Shown here: one piece after another, positions 1-9,700 of the stretch
Position numbering within the stretch: position 1 is the stretch's first letter
How the letters are laid out: each line of letters begins with the position of its first letter
Source of the DNA: Rapidithrix thailandica
GTDB taxonomy: Bacteria > Bacteroidota > Bacteroidia > Cytophagales > Flammeovirgaceae
Direction of reading: 5' to 3'
DNA length: 64,000 bases
Assembly (NCBI RefSeq): GCF_039710355.1
Contig: NZ_JBDKWZ010000026.1
Location: 1 to 64,000, forward strand
Made by a program: the position numbers and the translations under genes
The notes under the pieces: generated by a model
Database searches by the model: none
What the model was told of the DNA's origin: nothing
The model's input: the letters and a program-made list of their open reading frames with translations, nothing else

Positions 1-187
1 AATGCTTGGCAAAATGACCGCAACAACAAAGAAAGTCGGATAAACTGGCAGTTTACCACCAAGGAATCAAGAGTGAAACTAAAAAGACTTTATCCGTCAT
101 TTAATGATTAACATAACACTAGACAAATTTGTATAGCAGTTATGATGGTAGAGCGTTCTCATGACTGAAGCCAGCAAGCGGCTTCAG

Positions 188-604
188 TCAACAACTGGAA
201 AGTATTTCGAGGGCTTGTTGGGTGGAGTTGACAAAATTGACAAGCCCTGTTTTATTGCTTTCAAATATAAAATCCCGAAGGCTTTGGCTATCCACTTGCG
301 TAAAATCCCCTACAATTGCCAGCCGGACCCGGTAATTTGAAAACTTTTGCAAAATCTCACCTGCCATTTGGGTTTTCAAGTCAAAAAAATCAGGTGTTAT
401 GTTCTGTTGATGAAGTACTAAGCTATCAAACCCCTGATAATACACATTACCTAATACATCCAATCCCTCTTCTGCCGATGCTATTACAATACGGTCTGAG
501 ATGATTTCGGCTATTTTTGAACCGTTAAAGAGATGAGTTTTAATTTCCATGGTACCGTGAAGTAAGTTGTCAGAAGAATATGCTCCAAAAGGTAACAAAC
601 TCAA
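188..604 (-). CDS. DUF4180-like small protein
   Basis: 138-aa ORF. The ...RVRLAIVGDF... region resembles the DUF4180 family. No catalytic motifs seen. Confidence 0.45.
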   Translation of the reverse strand: MSLLPFGAYSSDNLLHGTMEIKTHLFNGSKIAEIISDRIVIASAEEGLDVLGNVYYQGFDSLVLHQQNITPDFFDLKTQMAGEILQKFSNYRVRLAIVGDFTQVDSQSLRDFIFESNKTGLVNFVNSTQQALEILSSC

Positions 605-764
605 AGCTATCTAAATTATTTAAGAATTAATTGGTAATTAGCTTTATTAACTCCAAGTATAGGGTGAGGGTTTTTCAGTTGTAAAAACAAATAAATGCCA
701 GATCTGTAAAAAATAAAATCCCCCGGAAGACCTAAGCCGGGGGATTGGTTATGATACAGGCAAA

Positions 765-1541
765 TTAACTTTTCGGTATTTTTTTTAATTCCTCCAGTCC
801 CTTGTCAAACAGTTCTTGGGCCAGGGCATCCCCCAAATCGAAATGCACAAAAACGGCATTTTGTTTTTCCGGCTCGGAATAAGAGAAGTCCTCATAGTGC
901 TGAATTCCTGCTTGTTTTAACATGTCCCGGATATCTTCCCAAAACTGCTTGTCCATGCAAATCAGCCCCTCCTGTTTTACATACCATTCCATAGGATCAA
1001 AAATAGCGTGCAGAGACCCCACTACTTTTTTTTCTGGAGATACGCAGGTATTGGCTTCCAAAGACACCCCGATGGTCTTTTGGGTTTGGGTATGTCCCCC
1101 ACTCCGCCCATCGGTAGATGCGGAGCCGCTTATCAAATAGAACTGCCTTTCTACAAAGCCTTTTACATACAGTTCTTCGGCCAGATCAGGTCCCAAATCA
1201 AAATCCACAAAGTCATCTCCTTGCATGCCCTGTTCTGAGTAACAAATATCTTCATAGTGTTGTAAGCCAGCGTTTTTTAACAAATCCCGGACATCCTTTT
1301 CAAACTGTGCATCGGTATAAATCAACCCTTCCTGTTTCACATCCCATTCTTTGGGGTCAAAATAAGCCATCAAATGCCCCATAACTCCTAAATCCTCGTC
1401 CAAGTAGATGCCACTAGGCACCAATTCTACTGTGAGGGTTCTTTGCGTTTGCGAAAAATAACCACTCTGTCCGTCAGTGGATGCGGGTCCTTTGGCAAGA
1501 TAATCCATAGTTTTTGTTTTGGTTCGAAATTGAGAATTCAA
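765..1541 (-). CDS. hypothetical protein made of two tandem copies of a ~125-aa domain
   Basis: 258-aa ORF. Residues ~20-135 and ~145-258 are clearly paralogous (ASTDGxSG..TQxT..V.L....DP.EW.VKQEGLI..D.QF..D.RD.LK.AG.QHYED.YSE.....FV.FDLG..LA.EL..KG). Confidence 0.5.
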   Translation of the reverse strand: MNSQFRTKTKTMDYLAKGPASTDGQSGYFSQTQRTLTVELVPSGIYLDEDLGVMGHLMAYFDPKEWDVKQEGLIYTDAQFEKDVRDLLKNAGLQHYEDICYSEQGMQGDDFVDFDLGPDLAEELYVKGFVERQFYLISGSASTDGRSGGHTQTQKTIGVSLEANTCVSPEKKVVGSLHAIFDPMEWYVKQEGLICMDKQFWEDIRDMLKQAGIQHYEDFSYSEPEKQNAVFVHFDLGDALAQELFDKGLEELKKIPKS

Positions 1542-1649
1542 ATGTAAACAGCCTTTGGAAAAGATACCTCCTTGTTTCCGGGGATTTTATGATTTACCTG
1601 AGAATAGCAGTAGAAACAAGGGCCAACAAACTCTTTACAACCGATAAAA

Positions 1650-2747
1650 TCAGCGTTTCAATTTTTCCATCTCTTGCTTATATACCCTGTTGAGGTAGTG
1701 AATGACCGCTCCTCTTTTTTCTTGGTCTTCCCCCATCAAAAGGGCCCTCAATAAGGCATAATGCGAATGAATGAAAAGAAGCTCCGTACTATTACTGGCA
1801 AAGTAAAGGTAATTAGCACATAATGTTCGATCATCGAGATGCGCATTCGCAAAATCACCTACATAGCGGTTTGCTGCCTTATCAAAGCGATAGTGTATTT
1901 CAGTAGAGTCATTGACAATTGAAATAAAATGATTTTCCTTACTTGTCAACTGACAATCATAAACAAATTGAAGGCGTAACGGGTCGGTACTAATTAGTGT
2001 TGCTTGCATTCTGTATGCTCTTATACCCCACGGAAATTGGAGGTTTGCCTCTTTAAGTTCCGTCAACACAGGCAGCAATGCGTTATCCGAATATTTATAA
2101 AAATTGAATTGAAACCACCACGTTCCCGAGCCACTGCCATAATTTACAGGATAATAAATAAGCGTCTCATTTTTCTGATTTTTAAAGTGTTTCAACGCCA
2201 ATCCGTACCGGTGATAGACTTGGTGTTTGGCGATGAGTGTATTTTTGGAAAAGAAATACACATCATTTTCCCACATACCCGGATAACCAATCGATATGGC
2301 AAATTTGTCAAAGTCAAACCTGTTTTTATCAAATGAAATCAACTCGGCCGGGATATGTCCCTCATGAACCATATTCAAGTATATGCTATCTTTTTCAAAG
2401 TCCGGAAAAATTCTCTTTGCCAAGGTCAATGCCAACTTTCCCTTCCGGCAAGCTTCTTTTAATTGAGCCATATCCGCATCGTTTATTTTCATATTCAACA
2501 CCTCTTGCCCGTTCAATGTCGAATCGACTTTAACGGATACTTCCTTTATCCAGGTTTCCGGATCAAGCCCCTGAATACTATCAAGGAAATCAGTAAGTCT
2601 TTTTTCTCCAAGAAAAGTATTTTTGGTCGATTCTGTTGAAGCCGAAATAGACTGTGCGTTCAATATTTCACCGTTAAAAACGATGAAACTGTATAGTACG
2701 ATGAACCATAGATTTTTTTTCATAAATACCAGTACTTTTTTCATCAA
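1650..2747 (-). CDS. secreted hypothetical protein
   Basis: 365-aa ORF with an N-terminal hydrophobic signal peptide (MMKKVLVFMKKNLWFIVLYSFIVFNG). No recognisable catalytic motif. Confidence 0.5.
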   Translation of the reverse strand: MMKKVLVFMKKNLWFIVLYSFIVFNGEILNAQSISASTESTKNTFLGEKRLTDFLDSIQGLDPETWIKEVSVKVDSTLNGQEVLNMKINDADMAQLKEACRKGKLALTLAKRIFPDFEKDSIYLNMVHEGHIPAELISFDKNRFDFDKFAISIGYPGMWENDVYFFSKNTLIAKHQVYHRYGLALKHFKNQKNETLIYYPVNYGSGSGTWWFQFNFYKYSDNALLPVLTELKEANLQFPWGIRAYRMQATLISTDPLRLQFVYDCQLTSKENHFISIVNDSTEIHYRFDKAANRYVGDFANAHLDDRTLCANYLYFASNSTELLFIHSHYALLRALLMGEDQEKRGAVIHYLNRVYKQEMEKLKR

Positions 2748-3885
2748 AGCACTTATTCGCTTTTATCAATAATTTACAAGGCTTGAGGTTGAGTTTTTCT
2801 GATCTCTCCGTCCAAATTTACATCACGATACGGGTTTATTTACCCACGAAGCAAAATTTCATGAGTCCTCTATCGACACAGACAAGCCTTAATATAACAA
2901 TCAACCGACGAAAATTCTTTACTTGTAACAAGTAACGGGGCAGACAGGATGAATTGTAAAATAAAGTACTTTACCGAATGCCCTCAAACAAAAAACTTAC
3001 AAGAGAACAGTTAAGCGCAATCTGATTTTTGCCTATAAAGAACATTTCTCTTTTGCACAATCATGAAACATTGCAACAGCCAGATAAAGCAATACCATAT
3101 TATAGTTAATTTATATTAAATTAGCACATTGCACTTTTAATTCGCTTTTTGAATGAGAAGCCGCGAACAAGGGGCATATAGGGAAATGATCACAATTTGT
3201 AAGAAATAAAGGGTGTAAGCTTGGAAACCACCCTGCCTGACAAAGACTCCAATGACCTCTAATACGTTCTTTGATACTTAGCAGTACATTTTGGGGAAAA
3301 TGAACAAAATATGAACTTCTGTAAATATTTATATTTTTATGTAACCTCCGTATTATTTTTTCAGTAAAATAATAATGTGAATATGGTAGTAAAACAGGAA
3401 AGAATTCAGGGCAAACAAATTACGGCTACTCCTCTCATCATTCTTTTGCCATAGAAGTATTTAACAGAATTATTTTAATTCTTATTAATGATCGACAACA
3501 ATTAGATCTGTTTTAACTGCAATACGTCAAGTTTTGCAGATTGGAAAGTAAAAAGGCTTTCCCTTACCAAGGACATACTCTCATCAAACATCTTAAAATA
3601 GTGATAAATGGAGACGGACCCGTCTCATAGGGGAGTACTTTGTCATTCATTTCACAAAAAGAAAAGTAATTGTCATCATTCATACCAGAATCTTATAAAA
3701 CTTACGTTTAAAAACTTTTAACTAACAGTAATCTATGGATAAATTTTTTGTACGCTCAAGCTCCTCCGGAAAGGTCGGTTTTTTATACACACCCAAGGAG
3801 AAAAATCATTAAATACCGTATTGGGTCATTCATTGATAAAAAGAGGCTCACTCCTCTTCCGGAAATACTATGTCTAACTCTTTAA

Positions 3886-4530
3886 GTGAAGGTAATGGAA
3901 TTTTTAAAATATGCTTTAGAGTCAGTAAACCTGCCTTATACCTTTCTGATGATACTGATCTCGCTGTATTGGCTGGCTACATTTATTGGCATACTCGACC
4001 TCAGCAGTTTTGATTTGGATGCTGATGCAGATGTAGACATTGATGCAGATACAGACGTAGGTGTTTCCGGTGGAAGTGCTCTGAGTGGTGTACTACATTT
4101 TTTCCACATCGGTGAAATACCCGTTATGATCATCATCAGCTTCTTTGCCTTGTTTGCCTGGGTCGGGTCGGTCCTTGCCAACTATTACCTTGGCAATACT
4201 TCCTGGGGAATCGCAGCACTTTTAAGCATTCCGCTTTGTATCGGGAGTTTGTTGATCACCAAAGTGGCCTGTATGCCTTTTGTAAAAGTCTTTCAACACA
4301 TCAACAAGCCCGATGATATAGAGGTGGTAGGAAAGGTATGTACTTTACGCAGTCAGGCCGATGGGGAAAATATGGGCTTGGCAGAAGTAAAACTGGATGG
4401 AATCACCCAAACAGTATATGTAATTACTCACGATGGTTTGCCGCTTTCCAAAGGCGATCAGGCACTGGTGCTTCTGCGCAAAGAAAGCAAAAACTGCTAT
4501 GTGGTAGAGGCGTATCACGCTTCAATTTGA
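3886..4530 (+). CDS. yqiJ: YqiJ/NfeD-like inner-membrane protein (DUF1449-like), partner of flotillin
   Basis: 214-aa ORF. N-terminal TM helices with an acidic DADADVDIDADTDV loop, C-terminal soluble OB-like segment. Sits 55 bp upstream of a flotillin gene, as in the E. coli yqiJK arrangement. Confidence 0.6.
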   Translation: MKVMEFLKYALESVNLPYTFLMILISLYWLATFIGILDLSSFDLDADADVDIDADTDVGVSGGSALSGVLHFFHIGEIPVMIIISFFALFAWVGSVLANYYLGNTSWGIAALLSIPLCIGSLLITKVACMPFVKVFQHINKPDDIEVVGKVCTLRSQADGENMGLAEVKLDGITQTVYVITHDGLPLSKGDQALVLLRKESKNCYVVEAYHASI

Positions 4531-4585
4531 ATGAAACATTTTACTTATATCAAACTGAATTACAAATTTTTAATTTCTAAAACGT

Positions 4586-6643
4586 ATGCTTGGAGAAACT
4601 CTAATTATTATTTTGATTGTCGCTGCAGTCATTGTCTTTGGTACGATTGCCCTAGTCGCCAGTTTTTACAAAAAGATCCCACAGGGAAAAGTCATTGTCC
4701 GTACAGGGGTTGGCGGTTCTAAAGTCTTTTTTAACGGAGGGATGGTTGTACCAATATTGCACAGAATGGAAGTGATGGATATTTCCGTGCAGAATTTTGA
4801 AATTAACAGGGAAGGCAAAAACGGATTGATTTGTAAAGATCACCTCCGTGCAGATATACGGGTCGCATTCTTTGTGAGGGTCAACCGCGACAATGTGATG
4901 GATGTGGCTCAAGCTATCGGTTGCGAACGGGCTTCGGATACCAGTCTGTTGATTAATCTGTTTGAAGCAAAGTTTTCAGAAGCGCTAAAAACCGTGGGTA
5001 AACAATTCGACTTCATCGATCTATACAACTCCAGAGATGAGTTGAACAACATGGTCAGAAAAGCCATCGGTACCGATCTGAACGGATACATTTTGGAAGA
5101 CTGTGCCATTGATCACTTAGAGCAAACACCTCCTTCTTTCCTGGATCCCGACAATATTCTGGATTCCGAAGGTATCAAAAAGATTACCGAAAAAACGGCT
5201 GAACAAAAAATATTGGCCAACAAAATCCGGAACGATGAGGTGAAAACCATCAAAAAGCAGGATGTGGAAAGAAAGGAAGCCGTATTGGAATTGGAAAAAC
5301 AACAATCGGAAGCCGAAGAGAAGCAAAAAAGGGAAATTGCCAACATTCGCTCAAGAGAAAATTCTGCGGCCTCCATGGTAGAACAAGAGGAAAGGTTGAA
5401 AGCTGAGAATGCCCGTATCCGTGTAGATGAAGAGCTGGAAATTGCCAACCAAAATAAAGAACGGCAGGTAATCATTGCGCAAAAGAACAAAGAGAAAGTA
5501 GATGCGGTAGAGTCCGAGCGCCTGGAAAAAGAAAGAATGCTGGAAGAAACCGAAAGAGAAAAAATCGTTTCGCTGGCACAAATTGCCAAAGAAAAAGCGC
5601 TCGAAGAGGAAAAACGCAATATTCAGGATGTCATTAAAGAGCGGATCATTCTTGAAAAATCCGTAGTGGAAGAGCAAGAGAAAATCAAAGATACTCAAGC
5701 CTTTGCAGAAGCAGAGCGTCTCAAAAAGGTATCCATCACCAAGGCAGAACAAGAAGCCGAAGAAGAGTTACTGAAAGAAGTAAAATCTGCGGAAGCGCAA
5801 AGGCAAGCGGCTGAAATCAAAGCGAAACAAAAACGTATTGATGCAGATGCGGACTTCATGATTGCCGAAAAGCAAGCGGAAGCGACCAAAGTACTGGCCA
5901 AAGCGAAAGTGGAAGACGAAGCTGCCCAAGGTCTGGCCGAAGCCAAAGTGATCGAATCCAAAGCGCAAGCGCAGGAATTGCAGGCCACGGCCGATGCGAA
6001 AACCATCGAAGAAACCGCCATTGCAGAAGCAAAAGGAATGGAAGCCAAAGCTCAGGCCATCGAAAAACAAGGAATGGCCGAAGCCAAAGTGGCACAAGAG
6101 AAAGCCTTGGTGGAAGCACAAAGAATCAAAGCCGAAGCAGAAGCCAACAAATTGCTGGATGAAGCCGGTAGAGATTTGGAAGAGTTCCGCTTGAAATTGC
6201 AAATGGAAAAAGACTTGGAAATGGCAAAAGTCAACGTACAGAAAGACATTGCCTTGGCACAAGCCCAAATCATGAGTGAAGGCTTGAAAGCCGCCAACAT
6301 CGATATTGTGGGTGGAGATAGCATGTTCTTTGAGAAAATCATTCAATCCATTACCAGCAGCAAGTCCGTAGACCGGTTTGTCAATCACAGCCAGACGGTT
6401 CAGGAAATCAAACATAACTTGCTTGATTCTGAGAATGGCAACATGCTTGAAAATGTAAAAAACATGATTGCAAAATTTGGCTTGACCTCCGAAGATATTC
6501 GCAACCTGAGTGTATCCGCTTTGTTACTGAAGCTCTCCAGCTATACCAATGACAGCAAGGAGAAGAATATGTTGGAAAATCTGATGGAACACGCTAAAAA
6601 TACGGGCCTTGCCGATATACCGGTGAAGACCTTGGGTATCTAA
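4586..6643 (+). CDS. yqiK: flotillin family SPFH/band-7 protein (YqiK-like)
   Basis: 685-aa ORF. N-terminal TM helix, then an SPFH core (KIPQGKVIVRTGVGGSKVFFNGGMVVPILHRMEVMDISVQNFEINREG...), then a ~350-aa E/A/K/Q-rich coiled-coil flotillin tail and a C-terminal globular part. Confidence 0.85.
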   Translation: MLGETLIIILIVAAVIVFGTIALVASFYKKIPQGKVIVRTGVGGSKVFFNGGMVVPILHRMEVMDISVQNFEINREGKNGLICKDHLRADIRVAFFVRVNRDNVMDVAQAIGCERASDTSLLINLFEAKFSEALKTVGKQFDFIDLYNSRDELNNMVRKAIGTDLNGYILEDCAIDHLEQTPPSFLDPDNILDSEGIKKITEKTAEQKILANKIRNDEVKTIKKQDVERKEAVLELEKQQSEAEEKQKREIANIRSRENSAASMVEQEERLKAENARIRVDEELEIANQNKERQVIIAQKNKEKVDAVESERLEKERMLEETEREKIVSLAQIAKEKALEEEKRNIQDVIKERIILEKSVVEEQEKIKDTQAFAEAERLKKVSITKAEQEAEEELLKEVKSAEAQRQAAEIKAKQKRIDADADFMIAEKQAEATKVLAKAKVEDEAAQGLAEAKVIESKAQAQELQATADAKTIEETAIAEAKGMEAKAQAIEKQGMAEAKVAQEKALVEAQRIKAEAEANKLLDEAGRDLEEFRLKLQMEKDLEMAKVNVQKDIALAQAQIMSEGLKAANIDIVGGDSMFFEKIIQSITSSKSVDRFVNHSQTVQEIKHNLLDSENGNMLENVKNMIAKFGLTSEDIRNLSVSALLLKLSSYTNDSKEKNMLENLMEHAKNTGLADIPVKTLGI

Positions 6644-6652
6644 CCATCAGTA

Positions 6653-6725
6653 ACAGTTGTGCATTCAAACCGGCCCTTCGTAAACCTCCGGATGCCGGTT
6701 TGGATGCCGGCACAACTGTCTTTTT
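6653..6725 (+). terminator. long imperfect hairpin plus T-tract between the flotillin and giant ATPase genes (possible partial terminator or attenuator)
   Basis: acagttgtgc (6653-6662) pairs with gcacaactgt (6710-6719). The internal ccggc...gccgg region can also pair. Followed by cttttt. Confidence 0.4.
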
Positions 6726-6791
6726 AACCTGTTAGAACACTTCTTACAGTACTTAAAATTTGATAATGGTACTTATATTTATCATCTGCTA

Positions 6792-9700
6792 ATGGAAGAA
6801 AATTCAACACCACAAGCTTCGGAAGCGCCACAAATTGATGCGGGTACCTATGAGATCCTGAGGCAGAGGCTGAAGCAAAGTGGCAATACACTACAGGAAA
6901 AATTAAATCAACTCAACCAGGTCCGGAAAGATACCTTCGGAAATATCCCCACTACTTTACTTAAAAACGAGCGGATCAGTACGGAAAACAACTGTATCCC
7001 CCGTGATATGATTGCCGTTGGAGACCATTTCCTTTTTGGGTACAATGTGCATATCGGTTTAAAATCCGAAGTGGAAGTCTCCGATGTTTTCAGTGTGTAT
7101 CAATTCCGTTCGGAAGATCATAGTTTCCATCTAAAAGAGCTGTCACTATTATCTGACGAGCGTTTTTCCGAAGATTTCCGCCAACTCTACAAGTACTATA
7201 AACATACAACCTTTGCAAAATTTGTGGTTATCGGGCCACACCTTTATCTCAAGTTTCAGACTTCCAAAAACACCAACAGTGTAAAAGCTTTCAAGTTTTT
7301 AATGGAAGACGGAGAGCTACAGTACATCGACAACCGTAGCGACCATGAAATAAAATACCCGGAGCAACACGAACTGGAATGGAAAAGGGCCAGCCGTGAC
7401 CACCACCGGGAAGGGGATCACCCTCATATTTCCATTCTGGACAAGGTGTTTGTGGAAACTATTGGTGGTGACCTCACCATCAAAATTGAAGACAACACCG
7501 AGTCAGGCGAGGGAATTTATCAGGAAGAGGTCAGCCATCACGAGCAAACACTGGACGATGCGGAAATTTACTTTGCCGATTTGGGTAACTTGATCTTGCT
7601 GAAGATCAAGCCGTACATGGAAGAACATTTTCGCTTTTTCGTGTTTAACCACAAACTGGGCGAAGTACACCGGATCGACAGCATTAAAGACACTTGCGTA
7701 CTGCTACCCGATGAGCAGGGGATTATCTTTTCCCAAGGCTATTACTTGCAAACCGGAGAATTAAAGGTATATGACGAAAGCCTTACCGGAATGCGCTTTG
7801 AGAAAAAAATCATTTCTCCCAATGGAGAAGACTTTCTCTTTGTCTATTACAACCCGGCAGTAGGCGACTATGTTTTGCTCTCTTACAACAGGATAGAACA
7901 AGCTGTGGAAAGTCCGGTGACTTGTAGCGGTTTTTCCTTCTTCCGAAATGGAGAGTTGATATACTTCAGAGCTGACCACGAGCCTAAAAAGCACCATGCG
8001 CTTCAGCTTTGGCAAACTCCGTATGTACACCCTGACTACGAAGTCCCTACCCAAAACGAAAGCTATCTGTACAAGGTAGGAAACAAAGATATTGTAAGGG
8101 CGATGGCAGAATGTAACGAGTTGATGAAACTCTTACAAAAAGAAGATGCTTACGCCACCCTTTACCAGGATGTAGCCAAAAAATCCAGCGAGATCGGTGA
8201 CAGTTATTACTGGATCAGTCATGAGGAAGCCTATCAGATCGATACGGTTTTGACGGAAATCCACCAGAATGCCGTAGTGGCTATTGAGGAATTCGAAAAG
8301 GTAAGGAGAATAAAAAAGGCGACCCTCGAAGCCGTAGGGCAAATATCGCAGCAGGCAAAGGAGCTGATCGATAAGGTCAGAAGAAGACAATACAAGGAAA
8401 TAGATGATTTTGTGCAAACTCTTGCCAGCATTCGCAAACTTCGGGGAGACACGATCTCTTTAAAAGAACTGCGCTATGCGGATATTCCGGCCATTGAAGC
8501 TTTAGAGCAACAACTGGCCGAAAAAAATGAAGATGTTTCTCAAAAATGCGTACTCTTCCTTTTACAGGAAGACTCCTTACTTCCTTATCAGCAAAAAGTA
8601 GCCGGACAAAACGACAAGATCGAAGAGGTTAGTAAAGTCGCTGAAGCGGATGCCATTCAGGGGGAAAATGACCAGATCGGCCAGGAACTGGAAATGTTAA
8701 TCGAGATTGTCAGTAATCTTAAAATCGAAGATGCGACACAGACTACCGAAATCATCGATAGCATTTCCGACATTTATGCCTCACTCAACCAGGTAAAAGC
8801 CAAGTTAAAACAGGTGCGCAAAAACCTGTTGGGCACCGAAGCCAAAGCCGAGTTTGCGGCACAACTCCGCCTGATTGGTCAGTCTGTAGTCAACTACCTG
8901 GATGTAAGTGACTCTCCTCAGCGCTGTGAGGAATACATGACCCGGCTAATGGTACAATTGGAGGAATTGGAAGGTAAGTTTGCGGATTTCGATGAATTCA
9001 TCCCGCAACTGGCAGACAAAAGAGACGAAGTTTACCAAGCTTTTGAAAGTAGAAAACTCAACCTTGTTGAACAGCGAAACAAAAAAGCAACTTCGCTGCA
9101 AACAGCTGCCGAACGAATCTTAAAAAGCATTGAACACAAGGTAAAATCCTTTAAAGAGGTAAGCGAAATCAATGCCTACTTTGCCGCTGACATCATGGTG
9201 CACAAAGTGCAGGAAATGATTACGCAACTGCAATCGCTGGAGGATAACGTGAAGGCAGATGACTTGCAAAGTAAGTTGAATGCCACCAAGGAAGAAGCTG
9301 TCAGACAATTAAAAGACCGGAAGGATTTATTTGCCGAAGGTGAAAATGTCATCACACTGGGCAAGCACCGCTTCTCCGTGAATGTACAAGCCTTGGATGT
9401 GAGTCTGGTGCAACGTGACGGTGATTTGTATTACCACCTCTCCGGGACCAACTTCTTCGAAAAAGCGGATTTGGTTGACCATCAATTTCAGCCGGCCATC
9501 CTCACCCAGGAGATTGTTTCCGAAAACCGGGAGGTGTACCGGGGGGAATACTTGGCTTATCAATATTTGAAACAAATCAAGCAAGAGCAAACCTTGGACG
9601 CACATGCAGGCTTACCTGTAAAAGAGCTTGCGGAAAAAATCCAGGCATTTATGGCTCCTCGTTACCAAGAAGGTTATCAGAAAGGGGTTCATGATGCGGA

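Noticed and set aside
4652-6415. Many 60-215-aa ORFs on the minus strand and in alternate frames overlapping the flotillin gene (e.g. 5113..5619, 5768..6415, 5994..6194)
   Set aside because: They lie inside the low-complexity GAA/GCA/AAA-rich coiled-coil coding region of flotillin. Their translations are Ser/Phe/Leu or Lys/Pro low-complexity strings, typical of frame artefacts.
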